64,000 nt of DNA from Octopus bimaculoides (GCF_001194135.2 NC_068990.1:5355143-5419142); one strand, 5' to 3'. Positions 1 to 12,254 are shown, counted from the stretch's first letter. A program made the numbers and translations. Notes: generated from the letters alone by a model not told the origin.

Positions 1-1499
1 ATAATAATCTTAAATCTACATCTCCTGTTTTCAGGTGTAGAAAATGAATGAATTTTAAACTTTTGTCTTATGTATATATAAGCAAAGTAATAAAATAGCT
101 GTATTAAAATTTATTTTCTCTTCAATATTCCTTGCAGTCCTTTTAATTTTACATTATTCATAACAGAATTTTTATTTACAACATTTATATTTATTATTCA
201 CAGACAGATTTGTCACTAATGTGGACTGGAATTTGTTAAAGGAAAAGAAAAGAAAAGTTGGAAAAAACAGGGAGAGAAAGCTTTCATTTGAAAGTCTTCA
301 TTGATATTTCAGTGTTTCCTTAAGCAAATATTCTTTGACTCAAGCAGTCAAGGTGAATATTTGTGTCACATATTCACTTCTTTAATGGAATAGTTGGGGT
401 CTAAAGGTCATATACACTCTTGTAATTCAGCCAAATATTCAGAATTTTAAAACCAGCCACCTCTCTTCAACATAAAATGAAAATGAAATTTTGAATATGA
501 AACTAGGAATGAATAAAAATAACTTATAAAGCTAAGATTTATTGTTTAAAATAAAAATTAAAAAATGAAAATGAGATTTTATAAAAATTATGTTCATGAA
601 TATAAAACTAGACTTTATTTTATCAGCCATCTCCTAGCATGAATGAACAGCAAGGGAGGGAAGACACTAGTGGAATTTAAACTCTGAATTTAACAAAGTC
701 ATATAAAGCATTTTGTCCACTGCTGTACTGATTCCCCAATTCATAAACTTTTAATGAGGTACAAATAAGTATTTATTTTATTATAAGTCAGTATTAACAA
801 TAATTGTAATAATCATTAACATAGAATCAAAACTGTTCAGTTTGAGTGAAGATTGATCTAAAAAAAAAGCAGTGGAATTCAAACTTTAAAAGGCAAAGAG
901 AGGCAATTAAATACTGTAAGGTATATTTGTCTAACATTCTGCTGATTCGACCAAACAAAGAACTGGGAACAAAATACCCAGCTGAATAAGAACAAAGTAC
1001 AGGACATCATTGCATCAAATATAGCTATTAACATTGTTAAAATAACACTGAAGCAAACCAAAATTAGCTGGAAAAACTTTTAAGGAAATTAATGTTAATG
1101 ATGTATCAATGTATTATTTTAAATGTTATTAATTTATGTTTAATTTCAAAATTAGGTTTTATTAATGTCTACACAAAATACTAGTTGGAAATCAGGCACC
1201 ATTGCATTAATGGAGCACAAGTTAAATCAAAACAGACAACTCGGCTCTAAACAAAGAAAGAAAATCCTTTCAAATGAAGGTAATGTAATTCTACTAAAAA
1301 TTGAAAGCAGTATGAATACGTAAAAATTGATGCATAATATGTATGAAATATGGGGTGTGTAAAAATACACATTGCTAGAAATGGATAAACTGGTAATCTA
1401 TAAAAATAATTGCAATCTAAATGAAGGGGCGAACTTCATTCCACAAATATCTCAGATAAAATAGAAAGTCATAAAAAGAAATGCCTCCAGAATTCATAT

Positions 1500-1770
1500 C
1501 TTACAGTTATGCTTTAACTTTAATAGAGATTTCTGCATTTCTGCAAAATATACTTATAATAACTGGAGAAGAAACAACCCTGATATAAAAATAACTTTGG
1601 ACACCAATGTAAGAGGATACATTATCAAGACCAAACACAACATCACAAAGAGAACACTTGAAGAAATATGTAGGAAAGATACAAACAGCAAACAGACAAA
1701 TATCAGCAAAAATACAAATATTAAATAAAGAATTAAAACTAGAAATATTGATTTCTTAGATAAGCACAAG
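1500..1770 (+). mobile_element. Degraded N-terminal ORF fragment of an RLE-type (R4/Dong-like) non-LTR retrotransposon
   Basis: Translates to YNNWRRNNPDIKITLDTNVRGYIIKTKHNITKRTLEEI, resembling R4/Dong-like N-termini. It is collinear with the RT remnant at 2830-3760. Confidence 0.4.
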
Positions 1771-1884
1771 GACAGACATTTTTAGGATGAAAAGCAAAGT
1801 CGACCTTGGCAGAATTTAAAGAAATTTGAAATCAGAACATGAAGAAGAATGAAATGCCACTAAGCATTTCACCTGGCTTGCTAA

Positions 1885-2404
1885 TGATTCAGCCAGCTCA
1901 CCACCTCACCAAATAATAAACTATCGACAATAAATGGTGACAAAAGGCAGCAAGCTGGCGGAAACGTTAGCACCGGTGTGGTGCCACATAAAAGAACCCA
2001 TGTGGTGACACATAAAAGCACGTGTGTGGTGGCACATAAAAGCACTTGTGTGGGATCACATAACAGTGACCATGTGGTGTCACATAAAATGCCCAAGTGG
2101 TGCCATGTAAAAGTGCCCATGCGATGTCACATGAAAGTGCATGTGTGGTGCTATGTAAAAGTGCTTGTTCAATGCCATGTAAGAGCACTCATGCAGTGTC
2201 ACATAAAAGTGCCCATGTGGTGTTATGTAAAAGCACCCAACATACTCTATAAAGTAGTTGGCCTTGAGAAGGGTATCCAGCCATAGAAACCATGTCAAAT
2301 CAGACTGGAGTCTGATGCATCTCCCTAGCTTCCCAGCTATGGTCAAAGCATCTAACCCATGCCAACATGGACAAAGGACATTGAATGATGATGATGAAAA
2401 TGAT
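1885..2404 (+). mobile_element. Interspersed SINE-like repeat with an internal 24-bp tandem array and a (GAT)n tail
   Basis: Body ...gaagggtatccagccatagaaacc...catggacaaaggacattgaatgatgatgatga. Related copies at 38580-38725, 41965-42220 and 21270-21380 (minus). Confidence 0.7.
1978..2240. repeat. 24-bp minisatellite, about 11 degenerate copies (gtggtgccacataaaagcacccat)
   Basis: Units are directly visible. The 8-codon period explains the overlapping ORFs on both strands. Confidence 0.9.
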
Positions 2405-2829
2405 GACAATTAAATCCCCCAAATTACTGCCTATAGTATACCAATTCTTAACAGCATTATTATAGCAAAGGATAAATGCTAAGCAGGAATAAAAATGGAA
2501 TTCTACTTCACCTAATAGAAATAATGGTCAGATTGCCTTTTGTGATCTTGAAAAAACGAAGAATATATTAGACAAAGTAGTTTGAGATATATGAAAGACA
2601 GCAGCTATTGTTGGCATTCTTTTATTGTAATTCTACTCAATCAGAGATAAAATCTTTTATAGTATATTTCTATTAAAAAATATGTTATTAAGAAGTGCTT
2701 CAGAGGTTCGTAAGAATGACATTGCATTGATATTTAAAGCAAAGTTAAATCTTAAAAATTAAGGAAATAACTATCTGCATTCTAGTTAGTAAATAACAAA
2801 ACCATAACTTGAGATTGAGAACGAGAAAG

Positions 2830-3760
2830 AAGAGTCAGAAAATAGCAAAGAGTGATAACCAAAAAGCTTATGATGATATCCCCTACTCATGGATTGTGGA
2901 AATATTAGACATCAGTGAAGCAGTACCAACCATTCAAGAGTACAAAATAAACAATTCTACTAATCTAAACAAAAACAACAATCATGAAAACTAATCTCAT
3001 CCCAATCAAAAGAGATTATTCCAGGTATCTCCTTCTGCCAACTTCTATTCAGTTTATTGAAAATGTCTTTGACCAATAACGAAATCAGACTGCATCAGAA
3101 ACTAGTGTTATAGGATGGCAATCAACTATCTATCTCCTCTATACAGATGTTCTCCATAAAAAGGAGATGGTATGTTTGATATAACAGACAATTAGAAAGA
3201 AATCTTGTTACATAAAGTCAGTGAGGAAATTGGCTAGGAGAACAGTTTGGAAAAATACACCAAGGCAACCTTTTACAGAGAAAAATTAATTAAAAAAAAC
3301 ATTAATGTCATGTTGGATAAAGAAATTATATAAAGACCAAAGACAGACTTCCAAATACTTGGAAATTAATGAAGTAGAGAGAATACAGTATACACAAATC
3401 AAAGAAAAGGTTAGAATGGGCAATTATAGTCAGACATGGTAGATTAATACTTAAATTTGAGTTAATTACAAAAACAACAACACTCTAAATATTGTAGAAA
3501 AAAAGTTACAGTAATAATATTCTCAACTAGAAGTTCAATGATTTAGCAAGACTAGACAGGAAAGCTAGAAAAATAATGAGCAAGTTTGAAATACACAATT
3601 TAAAAGCCAATAAATAAGAAATTGGGACAGTTAAGAAAATGTGAGAACAGAAAGAAAGGGAAGGGAAAGTAGATGAAGTAAAAACAAAAGTAAAAATAAA
3701 AAAGCAAAGAAATGGAAGTATTAAAACTGGGTAAATGGAGTTACACATAGTAAATAAATA
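2830..3760 (+). mobile_element. Degraded reverse transcriptase of an RLE-type (R4/Dong-like) LINE
   Basis: Motifs QKAYDDIPYSWIVEILDI, LIPIK, SEEIG..LEK and KYLEINE..IQYTQIKEK occur in RT order, with frameshifts and stops. Confidence 0.7.
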
Positions 3761-4003
3761 AATTAGTGTCTCCCAGCTGTTAATGAATAAACCAACCTAC
3801 CCTTTAATGTGGGACGGTTGGGACAGTTTTAATGCATTTAATGTTATCAAATACAAGTTTTGATTTATTTTCTTTAAGCAATTAATATAACCAATCTTAT
3901 CTATTGTGAGCTTGTTATGTCTGCTCCACTATATAGTCCTCTTTTTCAATGACTATAGGCTACTACTAATCCTCTAAAATTATTAAATGTATATATATTA
4001 TGG

Positions 4004-4057
<54 letters not shown>

Positions 4058-4070
4058 AAATAATAATAAT

Positions 4071-4275
4071 TAAGGTGGCGAGCTGGCAAAATCGTTAGCA
4101 CACCAGGCAAAATGCTTTGCGGTATTTCGAGGTCGAGGTCGACTTTGCCTTTTATCCTTTCGGGGTCGATTAAATAAGTACCAGTTACGCACTGGGTCGA
4201 TGTAACCGATTTATCTCTTTGTCTGTCCTTGTTTGGCCCCTCTACGTTTAGCCCCCGTGGGCAATAAAGAAATAT
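4071..4275 (+). mobile_element. SINE family A (ttaaggcggcgagctggcagaatcgttagc...) inserted in an (AAT)n tract
   Basis: Matches more than 12 other copies in the window. Flanked by (aat)n on both sides. Confidence 0.8.
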
Positions 4276-4290
4276 ATCATAATAATAATG

Positions 4291-4806
4291 GAACATCCTC
4301 CCACACGATGAGTAGTATTTGCTAGTCGTTACAAATACTGTGACGTCGAGAAGTCAGAAGTCGGTCATATATAGTCGTGTCTTACTTGGACGTTATAACA
4401 GTCCGATGTTGGATTACAACAGTGGCGACGAGGAATTAAACTCATGAGAATTCAAGAAACTCACAAGGAGTTACGAAAATCACAAAAGTTTTTGTGCAAA
4501 TTTAACGGAATACAAAAGCGTAAAATTATGGATAATTTGTTTGCTCGAGTTGCAAAAAGAGCAATAACAATAATAACTTCAGGAACAACAGAAGCAGCTG
4601 CAGAAACAGCAACAACAACCACTGCAGGAATAGCAACAACAACAAAAATTACTACTGCAAGAACAACAACAACAACAAATGCTGAAATTAATGAATAGTA
4701 AGTCGTCCAAAAATGCTGAAAAGATATTCTCACCAGATTATGCTGCAAACTCAATAACGGAATTTAAGTATGACCCAGACGAAGGAGTTACCTTCGAGGC
4801 ATACAT
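4291..4806 (+). mobile_element. 5' end of a dead Ty3/Gypsy (Mag-like) LTR retrotransposon: LTR end, PBS and gag start
   Basis: LTR-like end ...TACAACA at 4421 and PBS TGGCGACGAGGA at 4423-4434. Gag ATG at 4528 is followed by a Gln-rich tract with CAA>TAA stops, then MLKLMNSK..FSPDYAANSITEFKYDPDEGVTFEAY. Confidence 0.75.
4423..4434 (+). promoter_or_regulatory. Retrotransposon primer-binding site complementary to the tRNA-Ser(GCU) 3' end
   Basis: TGGCGACGAGGA is the reverse complement of UCCUCGUCG-CCA, the usual metazoan tRNA-Ser(GCU) 3' end. It starts 2 nt after the LTR-terminal CA. Confidence 0.7.
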
Positions 4807-4930
4807 ACATACATACATACATACGTACGTACGTACGTACGTACATGCATGCATGCATACATACATACATACGTACGTACGTACATGCATGTATGCATAC
4901 ATACATACATATATACATATATTTAAATAC
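4799..4930. repeat. Compound (CATA)n/(CGTA)n/(CATG)n microsatellite truncating gag
   Basis: Directly visible. It grows out of the GCATAC (Ala-Tyr) codons of gag. Confidence 0.9.
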
Positions 4931-5529
4931 ATATAGGGACAGAGAGCAAAGATACACTTTTGTAGACACTGGCTACTTGATGGATGTGAATTCTTAATAA
5001 TGAAGTATTTTATTTTGTGTCATTGTTTTTGAAAATTAAGAAGTTATATTTTTACGTAATTGACAGGCATCTGTTTTCTGCTGAGATAGTCTTTACCAAA
5101 GGTTAAGACCCAAGAGAAATAACAAAGGTTAAGACCCAAAAGGAATAAACAAAAATTAAGTCCCCAGAGGAATAATAATGAGCTCCCATAAGTGCTTAAG
5201 TAAATACTAAAACTGCAAACTCATGGGAAAACGATGAGATGAAATTTCTAAATAACAAATGTATCAAACTATTTTATGTTTTCAAATTTGCTAACATCTG
5301 CGTCTGGAGCAAGCCAACCAAGCACCAAGGAAGACAGAGACAGTGCACAAATTGTGGAAGCTCTTCCTAGCAATTTTCAACCTACTCTAAACAATTGGAT
5401 ATATATGCTAATCAGATTGGTCATAGGGATCAGCTAAAAGTACTACAGAACAAGGACTTCACTCAATCACACACTTGGGCTCTTGCATTGATAGCAAGAA
5501 TTTCAGGCCTTGTAGGATGTTTCTCTATT

Positions 5530-5770
5530 TCACCTGATTAAGTAGGTCCTTCCTCCTGTTATAGAAGCCAACAATGTTGAAGCAACATTTGCAAAGCATT
5601 CATCTACACAAGAATAAAGACAAAAGTTGTTCCAAAAGTCAAGGAAGTGACCTCAAAAAGATGAAGTTAGATTCAACTGGAGCATCACAAGAAATGAACC
5701 AAAAGATCAATGAAGCGTTGGAGATAGCAAAGCAGAATAAAACACACATGAGGGTTGGTCATTAAAGACT
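5530..5770 (+). mobile_element. hAT (Buster/Charlie-like) transposase N-terminal remnant
   Basis: KPTMLKQHLQSIH...LKKMKLDSTGASQE...EALEIAKQNKTH resembles the BED-finger tail and IALxIAKxKKPHTIGE segment of Buster-type transposases. Confidence 0.6.
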
Positions 5771-5819
5771 TCCCCTGACCCACTTCCCAAGGACAAGGAT
5801 AAACAGAACTTGGCATTAT

Positions 5820-6470
5820 TATTAGTCCTTCTCTACATAGCCATCTCCAATGGTGACACACTTCTCCCATCAGTTTATGCACCTTTGAAGACCTCATCTG
5901 TATAAGTTGGTAGGTTGTGTCTGAAGGCAAGACTTTATCTCAGAAATAAGTTCATCATCATCCAAAAAGTACTTCCTCTTCAAAAAAGACTTCACGGTTG
6001 GAAAGAGGCGGAAGTCAAATGGTGTGAAGTTAGGAGAGTAATGGGGATGTGGAAGGATTTCATAGCCGCAGGTGTGTGCTTTCATCTGGACAACATGCAC
6101 ATTGTGAACTGGGGTGTTGGCTTGGAGGAGTCGGACTCCTTTGGTCGGCATCCCATGCCTCTCTGCTTTGATTGCATTCTGCAATTTCTGCTGCAGAGAA
6201 GCATAATATGTCCCATTAATTGTGGTGCACTTTTCCAGAAAATCCATCATCACTACTCTGTATTGGTCCCAAAAGATTGCGACCATCACCTTGCTTGCTG
6301 AGGGCTGAACACAAGCCTTCTTCTTCCACTGCTTTGACTGGACTTTGGTCTCAGGATCATAGTGATGGACCCATGTTTCATCCTATGTGATAAGTCTGCT
6401 GAAAAAGTCCGCCTTGTTTTTTTTGGCATTGTCACCATAAGCTTATTTCATCTCATCAAAAAATCTCTTT
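5820..6470 (-). mobile_element. Mariner (DD34D) transposase remnant
   Basis: DETWVHHYDPETKVQSKQW, VMVAIFWD and LLQA(N)TPVH...PHPHYSPNFTPFD. There are 34 residues between catalytic positions 2 and 3; the second Asp is mutated to Ala. Confidence 0.9.
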
Positions 6471-6599
6471 TGGTGTTTGACTTTTCAAGTAGAAACCTGA
6501 TCTGCATTCAACTGATCTGATTCCCTGATATGCATTCAACTGCCTCCATTATAACAGCTTAGCCCACTTCAGTAGCCATAAAAGACAAATAAATATTAG

Positions 6600-7290
6600 T
6601 GGAAGGCTGCAATTTACAGTGTGACGTATAGAGACATGTATCGTTATACCTGTACAATATCCATTTCCTACAAACTAAATTAAGATTTGAAAATGACCAG
6701 TGCTGTCTCCTTTCAAGCACTCCTTTATGTATCTCTCTATATACTGTTTGCGATTTATCAGGAAACGTCTATGTTTTAAAGTAATTAACCTCTCCTTAAG
6801 AGCTTGTTTGAAGAGTTACCATACAGTTTTGTTCATTTGTTTATAAGATGTAACTGATGAGGTCTAAACTCGTTCCTCTTGCATTTTATTATTGTGATTA
6901 ACCGACCAATATGGCAGCATAGATTTCTTCAAGTTTTGTTTTCCATCTAGGTTGTTTTGGTTTTGTGCTTTCATTACCATGTATACTGCAGATTTCTTTA
7001 AGAGTTATAGCAGCTGTGCATATGAGGGTATTAATACTCCAGTAATTAACATTACATGATTCCATGTGCTCCCCAGTGACATCCTCGATAATTTTCAACA
7101 TTAGAGCTGTTGGATTTTTCTTAATCTTGTTAAGAACAGCCTGATGTATGTATGTATGATTTTTCTTTGAGTTCTTGAGAGAGTTCAAGCCAATTGCTGA
7201 CAAAGCAACAAGACTTATTGAGTTAAGAGAATTCCTGGTGTTTTTAAATATGTGGTTGAGTTGATGTGTTGGTTGAACTGTCGATGCATA
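6600..7290 (-). mobile_element. RLE-type (R4/Dong-like) LINE N-terminal remnant
   Basis: ORF 6898-7293: NYWSINTLICTAAITLKE...KQPRWKTKLEE resembles the pre-RT region of R4/Dong-like ORFs. Confidence 0.55.
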
Positions 7291-7747
7291 CACCCAAGTG
7301 TGTGCATCTATTCACATAAGAATCATACATAATGCTATATCTCACATTTTCAAGTAAAGTTCACGTTTATAATTTATAAACATTGTATCATCTTAACCAC
7401 GCAAACACATACAGTTTTTAAGCAAGTATACAAAAGTTGCAGTCTTATAGTAAAATTGGAAACATTAAACATTTTCAACCTATGACATTGCAAATAGCAA
7501 TACTTTGCTTAATACATATTCTCTTGCTTTCCATCATCATAATGCTTCTAATCTTCTGAGTGTCATGTGATATAAATTCCTTCCAGACAATTACTTATCA
7601 TCAAAGAATGCATTAAGATTTTATTTCCTATTTTTAGTTTTAGAAACAAAATGTATTCATCTTGTGTAGAAATGTTATATTCCAGTGCTTCAGTAAATAT
7701 GATTTACAAATCATATTTATGAATAATAAACTATTTCTGGTACTTAC

Positions 7748-7904
7748 AGGTTTGATCTATATACGCATTTGTGTGCTCAGCTTAGAGAATAAAATCCAGC
7801 ATGATATATATAATGACATTTTGACACTGGTTGACTGTTTCTGGTTAACTCTTTCCTTCAACGTGTTTACATGGTGAGAATTTATCAGCAGAAACATTTG
7901 TATA
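7748..7904 (-). other. Candidate spliced exon (157 nt), not open in any frame
   Basis: Acceptor ttttctttatag and donor CCT|gtaagta. Frame 0 reads YTNVSADKFSPCKHVEGKS*; all three frames contain stops. Confidence 0.15.
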
Positions 7905-8894
7905 CTATAAAGAAAATTTTTTAAATGTATGTTCCATGCAACTGTTTTTTCTGTGAGTAATACTTTTATTTAATCAAGAATTATCAAGAACTCTGTTCAA
8001 AATTCCGACATTTTGTTGTTTCTTTTATCTTTTGCTTTTTTTTATATACTCACCTCAGCCCCTCTCCTCTAAAGTAACAAATAGTTTCAAATAATTAATT
8101 AGTAATTAGCTTTCTGACCTTGTGACATTACATAACCTTGACTGTTGAAACAAACAATACCACTTTTCAATTGCTAATAGTAAAAACAAATTACCCTCTT
8201 ACAATAATGAGTGGTTAACAAGTTGTCTTCATCTCACCAATCTCATGAATATGCTAAAATGTCTTTCACTATCCTTTTGATATATATACATATGATTAAT
8301 ACATAGTTTCCGCTAAACAACCATTTTGCTCAATTTTCTAACTTTAATAGTGGGAGGGAACTATTATGAAACAGTTTGATAAAACATGGTGAATTTTGTA
8401 TGCATTCATGTTTTTGTGTCTCTTTTTGTGTGTGTTTTAATGGCTAAGTAACAAACAGGAACAGGGGAAGTGCTTATGACTTTGGCATGACCTCTCAACT
8501 GTGGGAGTTGGACATTTCATTTTAACTTCTATTTCATCAGTAGTAAATAATTTCTTTTTAGTAAATGGAAAAAACATTCAGATACATTTAATCTTGCTTG
8601 CACGTTGTTAAGCAAGTGCAAGATTCCTTTGCACTTGCTTTCCCTCTCTATCCTTCTAGTTTTTCTCATTTTCTTTTGGTTAAAGTTCCTGTGATAGATT
8701 TTTTAATGGTGTAGTTATAGTGTAACTCTGTCTAAGTCCTGGTTCAGCAGATATTGTAACCTTGATCATTCTATCTTGTTTATGCATGGTGCATAAAAAC
8801 CTATATTATCTAATGTCCCCTACTTAAAAAATATGGCAAGTGTGATATGAGGGAGATTTAGCTCTAATTTCTATCAGGTTAAGTGATCACTTAC

Positions 8895-9020
8895 AGGTAT
8901 TCTTATCTTTGCCTGTACAATTTCTAGAGGTGGAAGTATTTAGTTGATGCATTATTAATTCAACAGTTAAGATCCATTTCTTTCCATCAAACTCAATGAG
9001 ACAGTTCCCATAAATAAAAT
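8895..9020 (-). CDS. Candidate internal coding exon of an unknown gene (126 nt, phase 1-1)
   Basis: Acceptor ttttcaaattag and donor CCT|gtaagtg. Open frame (D)FIYGNCLIEFDGKKWILTVELIMHQLNTSTSRNCTGKDKNT. No homolog recognised. Confidence 0.35.
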
Positions 9021-10139
9021 CTAATTTGAAAACTAATAAATTAAATATGATATAATTTAAAATATTCATCCAGAAAGGAATATTGTGAATAAATGCATGA
9101 AACATTTTGATATATTTCTTTATATGATAACAGAAAGATATGATTTATTATTTTTCTTTTTTCATGAGTAGAAGCAATTTCTTTTATTCTTATATTTTAT
9201 TCTTTCTAGATTTGCAGATATGAGGAAAATGTATAAGATATAAAAATTTACTAATAAATATTTTGTAATATTGATCACTGGGACACTGACAACTTACATA
9301 TTTACTGCAAATGGACTATAATGCAGGCTTGTGTTTTTCTTTTTTTTATCATTTCTCAGAAAAGAAGACTTTCTTGTTTTTTACTAGTTTCAGTGGTTTG
9401 ACTGGAAGTCACAGTACAAGAGTTCTTCTCCCAATTCCTCTCAGGAATTTTTGCCAAACTTTATTTAACACTGTTTTCAATCTTTATAATTTTTTCTAAT
9501 CTCAGAAAAAACAATTTCATATTCCGAAGCAAATTATTGTTTGGATGATGTGAGAAATAATGGGAAGATTTAATATAAACACGAAATAATTGTTTGTAAT
9601 TTGGGCACAAACCCAGCAATTTTGAAGGGCAGGCTTGGTCAGTAGTATGATCACTGGTATTTGACTGTTACTTTATTTTATCAACCTCAGAAGGTTCAAA
9701 GGCAAAGTGAACATAGGTGGAATTTGCAGTCAGAATCTAAAGAGTCAGAATAGATATCACTGTGTATTTTTCTTTTATGCCAAAAGGTTTTACTAATTGT
9801 CAACCTAAGATAGTTTCTAATTTAGGAACAAGACCAGCAATTTTGGGTTAACCAATTAAACAGAACCCAGTATTTAACAGGTCCTTTATATTACTGACTC
9901 TGTATGGATTAAAGGTAAAGTTCAACAAGGTGGGATCTGGTCTGAGAATGTAAATAGGCTTATCCAAATATAATACAAAGGATACAACCTATTGTTGATG
10001 CTCTATTGATTGTGCTTCCACCTCAAACAGGCAGATATATGTCCATAAGTGAATAAAAAACAGTGAATAAGTGAATAAAAAACAGTGTACTCATTACAGA
10101 TATAGAGTAATACAGACATACACACACACACATACATAT

Positions 10140-10420
10140 ACAGGCATAGCAGTGTGGTAAGAAGCTTGCTTCCCAATCACATGGTTGACTTTAGTCCCAC
10201 TGCATGGCACCTCGGGCAAGTGTTCTCTACTATAGCTTTGGGCTGACCAAAGCATTGTAAGTGGATTTGGTAGACAGAAACTGAAAGAAGCTAATAGTTT
10301 ATACATGTGTATGTGTGTGTGTGTGTGTGTGGGTGCGTGTGTTTGTACTCCACAGACACACACACACACACATATACGCACTGTTTGACTACTGTGTTGG
10401 GTTTACATCCCTGTCACACA
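10140..10420 (+). mobile_element. tRNA-derived SINE family B with an internal (TG)n
   Basis: gcagtgtggtaagaagcttgcttcccaatcacatgg...gtcccactgcatggcacctcgggcaagtg. Similar copies at 21390-21590, 38290-38420, 48710-48830, 49600-49860 and 60360-60720. Confidence 0.75.
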
Positions 10421-11579
10421 TCTAAATATGTATACATACAAGAATGATTGAAATACTTGCTACCAAAATCTGGTCAGCTCAGACATGATGACCTTGTTGG
10501 GCAATTAGAGTGCAGTGTATGCATGTTATCATGCAGCAGTGGATGAGTTTGAAATTGCCACTCAAGCAAACGATTTGCAAGACTTGGTGAATTAAGAACT
10601 GTTTATGGCAAAAAGTATATAAAGATTTCTGGCAAGGGAAAAAAACTTATGAGGATTTTTAATGTGATAGTATAAACTTGGAGAAAGGTTTGAATATGAC
10701 CTGAAATATAACATACATAGTTAAAAACAAAGACACATGAAACAACACTACGTTGATAATTTTATTGAAATTATGAAGCAGGTTCAACAAACAATGGATG
10801 ATAAAAGTAGATCTGTGAAGAGTAAATATGTAAATACTTTGATCCAAATATTTTCCCACAGCTCCAAGTACACTGAAATCAACTTTGATCATTTAACTGA
10901 AGAAGAAAAAAATTGATGCAATGACTTTTACAAACCAGTATGAAAAAATATTTGTTGAAAGTTAATAGGTGGAGTGAATTTTCAAAGCAACACATGATGA
11001 ATTGGTTTTCCAAACCCTCTAGGACTGGCTCAATGCTATGCTTAACAACCCAGTTACAATTTCCAAAGCTACACTTACGTCAATATTTGCATAAAATAAT
11101 GGCAATTCAACCAGTGTTTAACTGAATTATGAAATGGTCTGCCATATTAAACAGCACCAACTTTACAAGGAATAATGCATAGCAGCATTCATATTCAGAT
11201 ATCCTGATATTAGCCACTGTGCTTAATTATACATTGATAATCATTCCCCAAAGCTGTCTACTTCATTCATATTTTAATTTGTTCATATTTTGTTACAAAG
11301 GAGAGAAAATTACAACCTCAAAATTTAATTATCTAGTTTTGAAGACATAAATCCTTAATTTGGAGGAAGTCCACTACCCACATTTCCAAAGCAATCTTGT
11401 AAAATTTGTACCTGCCATCCATTGATTAACAGCATTTAGAAATTTTCATATTGACTTTTGTTTGTATTTCTATAGTTTTCTTTCTAACCTTTCTCATTTA
11501 ACAATAGATCTTAAATAATTAACATCTACCTAAATTAGATAGGAACACATTTCTCACAAGAACACAAATATAAAATTTT

Positions 11580-12130
11580 TTTCATTAACATCCCTTATAG
11601 TTGCGCCCCACCAAAACTGAAATGAACTATGCCACATAACTCCTACATGTTTATACAGGACATTCATACAAGTGTTTTTTAATCCATGCCCACTACATGA
11701 ATCATGTAATACCAAGGTCATAATTTATGAGAGAATGGCCAAATCCATGGATACAAACCATAATGCAAACCTAAAAAGATAAATTGAATTGACTAAAGGA
11801 TTCTTCAAATGGTGTGTTTGCTTTGCAACTAACAAACTCATATTCAGATGATCAAAAACTGGAATATTACAAAGCTTGCAAGTTTCATCCGGTATTTAAA
11901 GAATATGGTACACATTTAACATTAGCTAGAATATTGCCAAACGCTAACAAAAGATATAACCTCTGCATAGCACAAAAGAATGTAATACTAAAGAACTTGC
12001 CAAACTATCTTAATGCCAAAACACAGACTTCAGTTTCTGCATACACAAGACAAAATTATACTTATACATTGGATACCCTTCTCTCTGCTCTCTATGTTCC
12101 TTTTATCAAGAAGCATGATTCAATCTTTTC
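11580..12130 (+). mobile_element. Penelope-like element GIY-YIG endonuclease remnant
   Basis: NPCPLHESCNTKVIIYE and RILPNANKRYNLCIAQKNVILK..LNAK match the CPL..C...IY and CNLC..EK..I...LNK motifs of Penelope-like endonucleases. Confidence 0.6.
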
Positions 12131-12254
12131 CTAGACTAATATAATTTTATACTTTTATTATATTTTTCTGTTTTTACCAAGGATTTCATAGTCAAATTTT
12201 CTCTAAATTATTCTGGAAATTAGACTTTTCTGAATTTTTTATTCCCTCTCTTCT

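Noticed and set aside
1978-2286. 102-aa and overlapping ORFs; CRISPR-like periodicity
   Set aside because: A contiguous 24-bp tandem array without unique spacers, in eukaryotic DNA with no cas genes. The in-frame period creates the ORFs.
4444-4698. Thr/Ala-rich 84-aa ORF
   Set aside because: It is the shifted frame of the Gln-rich dead gag.
7750-7873. Plus-strand exon candidate (LIYIRICVLS...NVFT) overlapping the minus candidate
   Set aside because: No recognisable protein. The shared cttacAG word creates both splice signals, so coincidence is likely.
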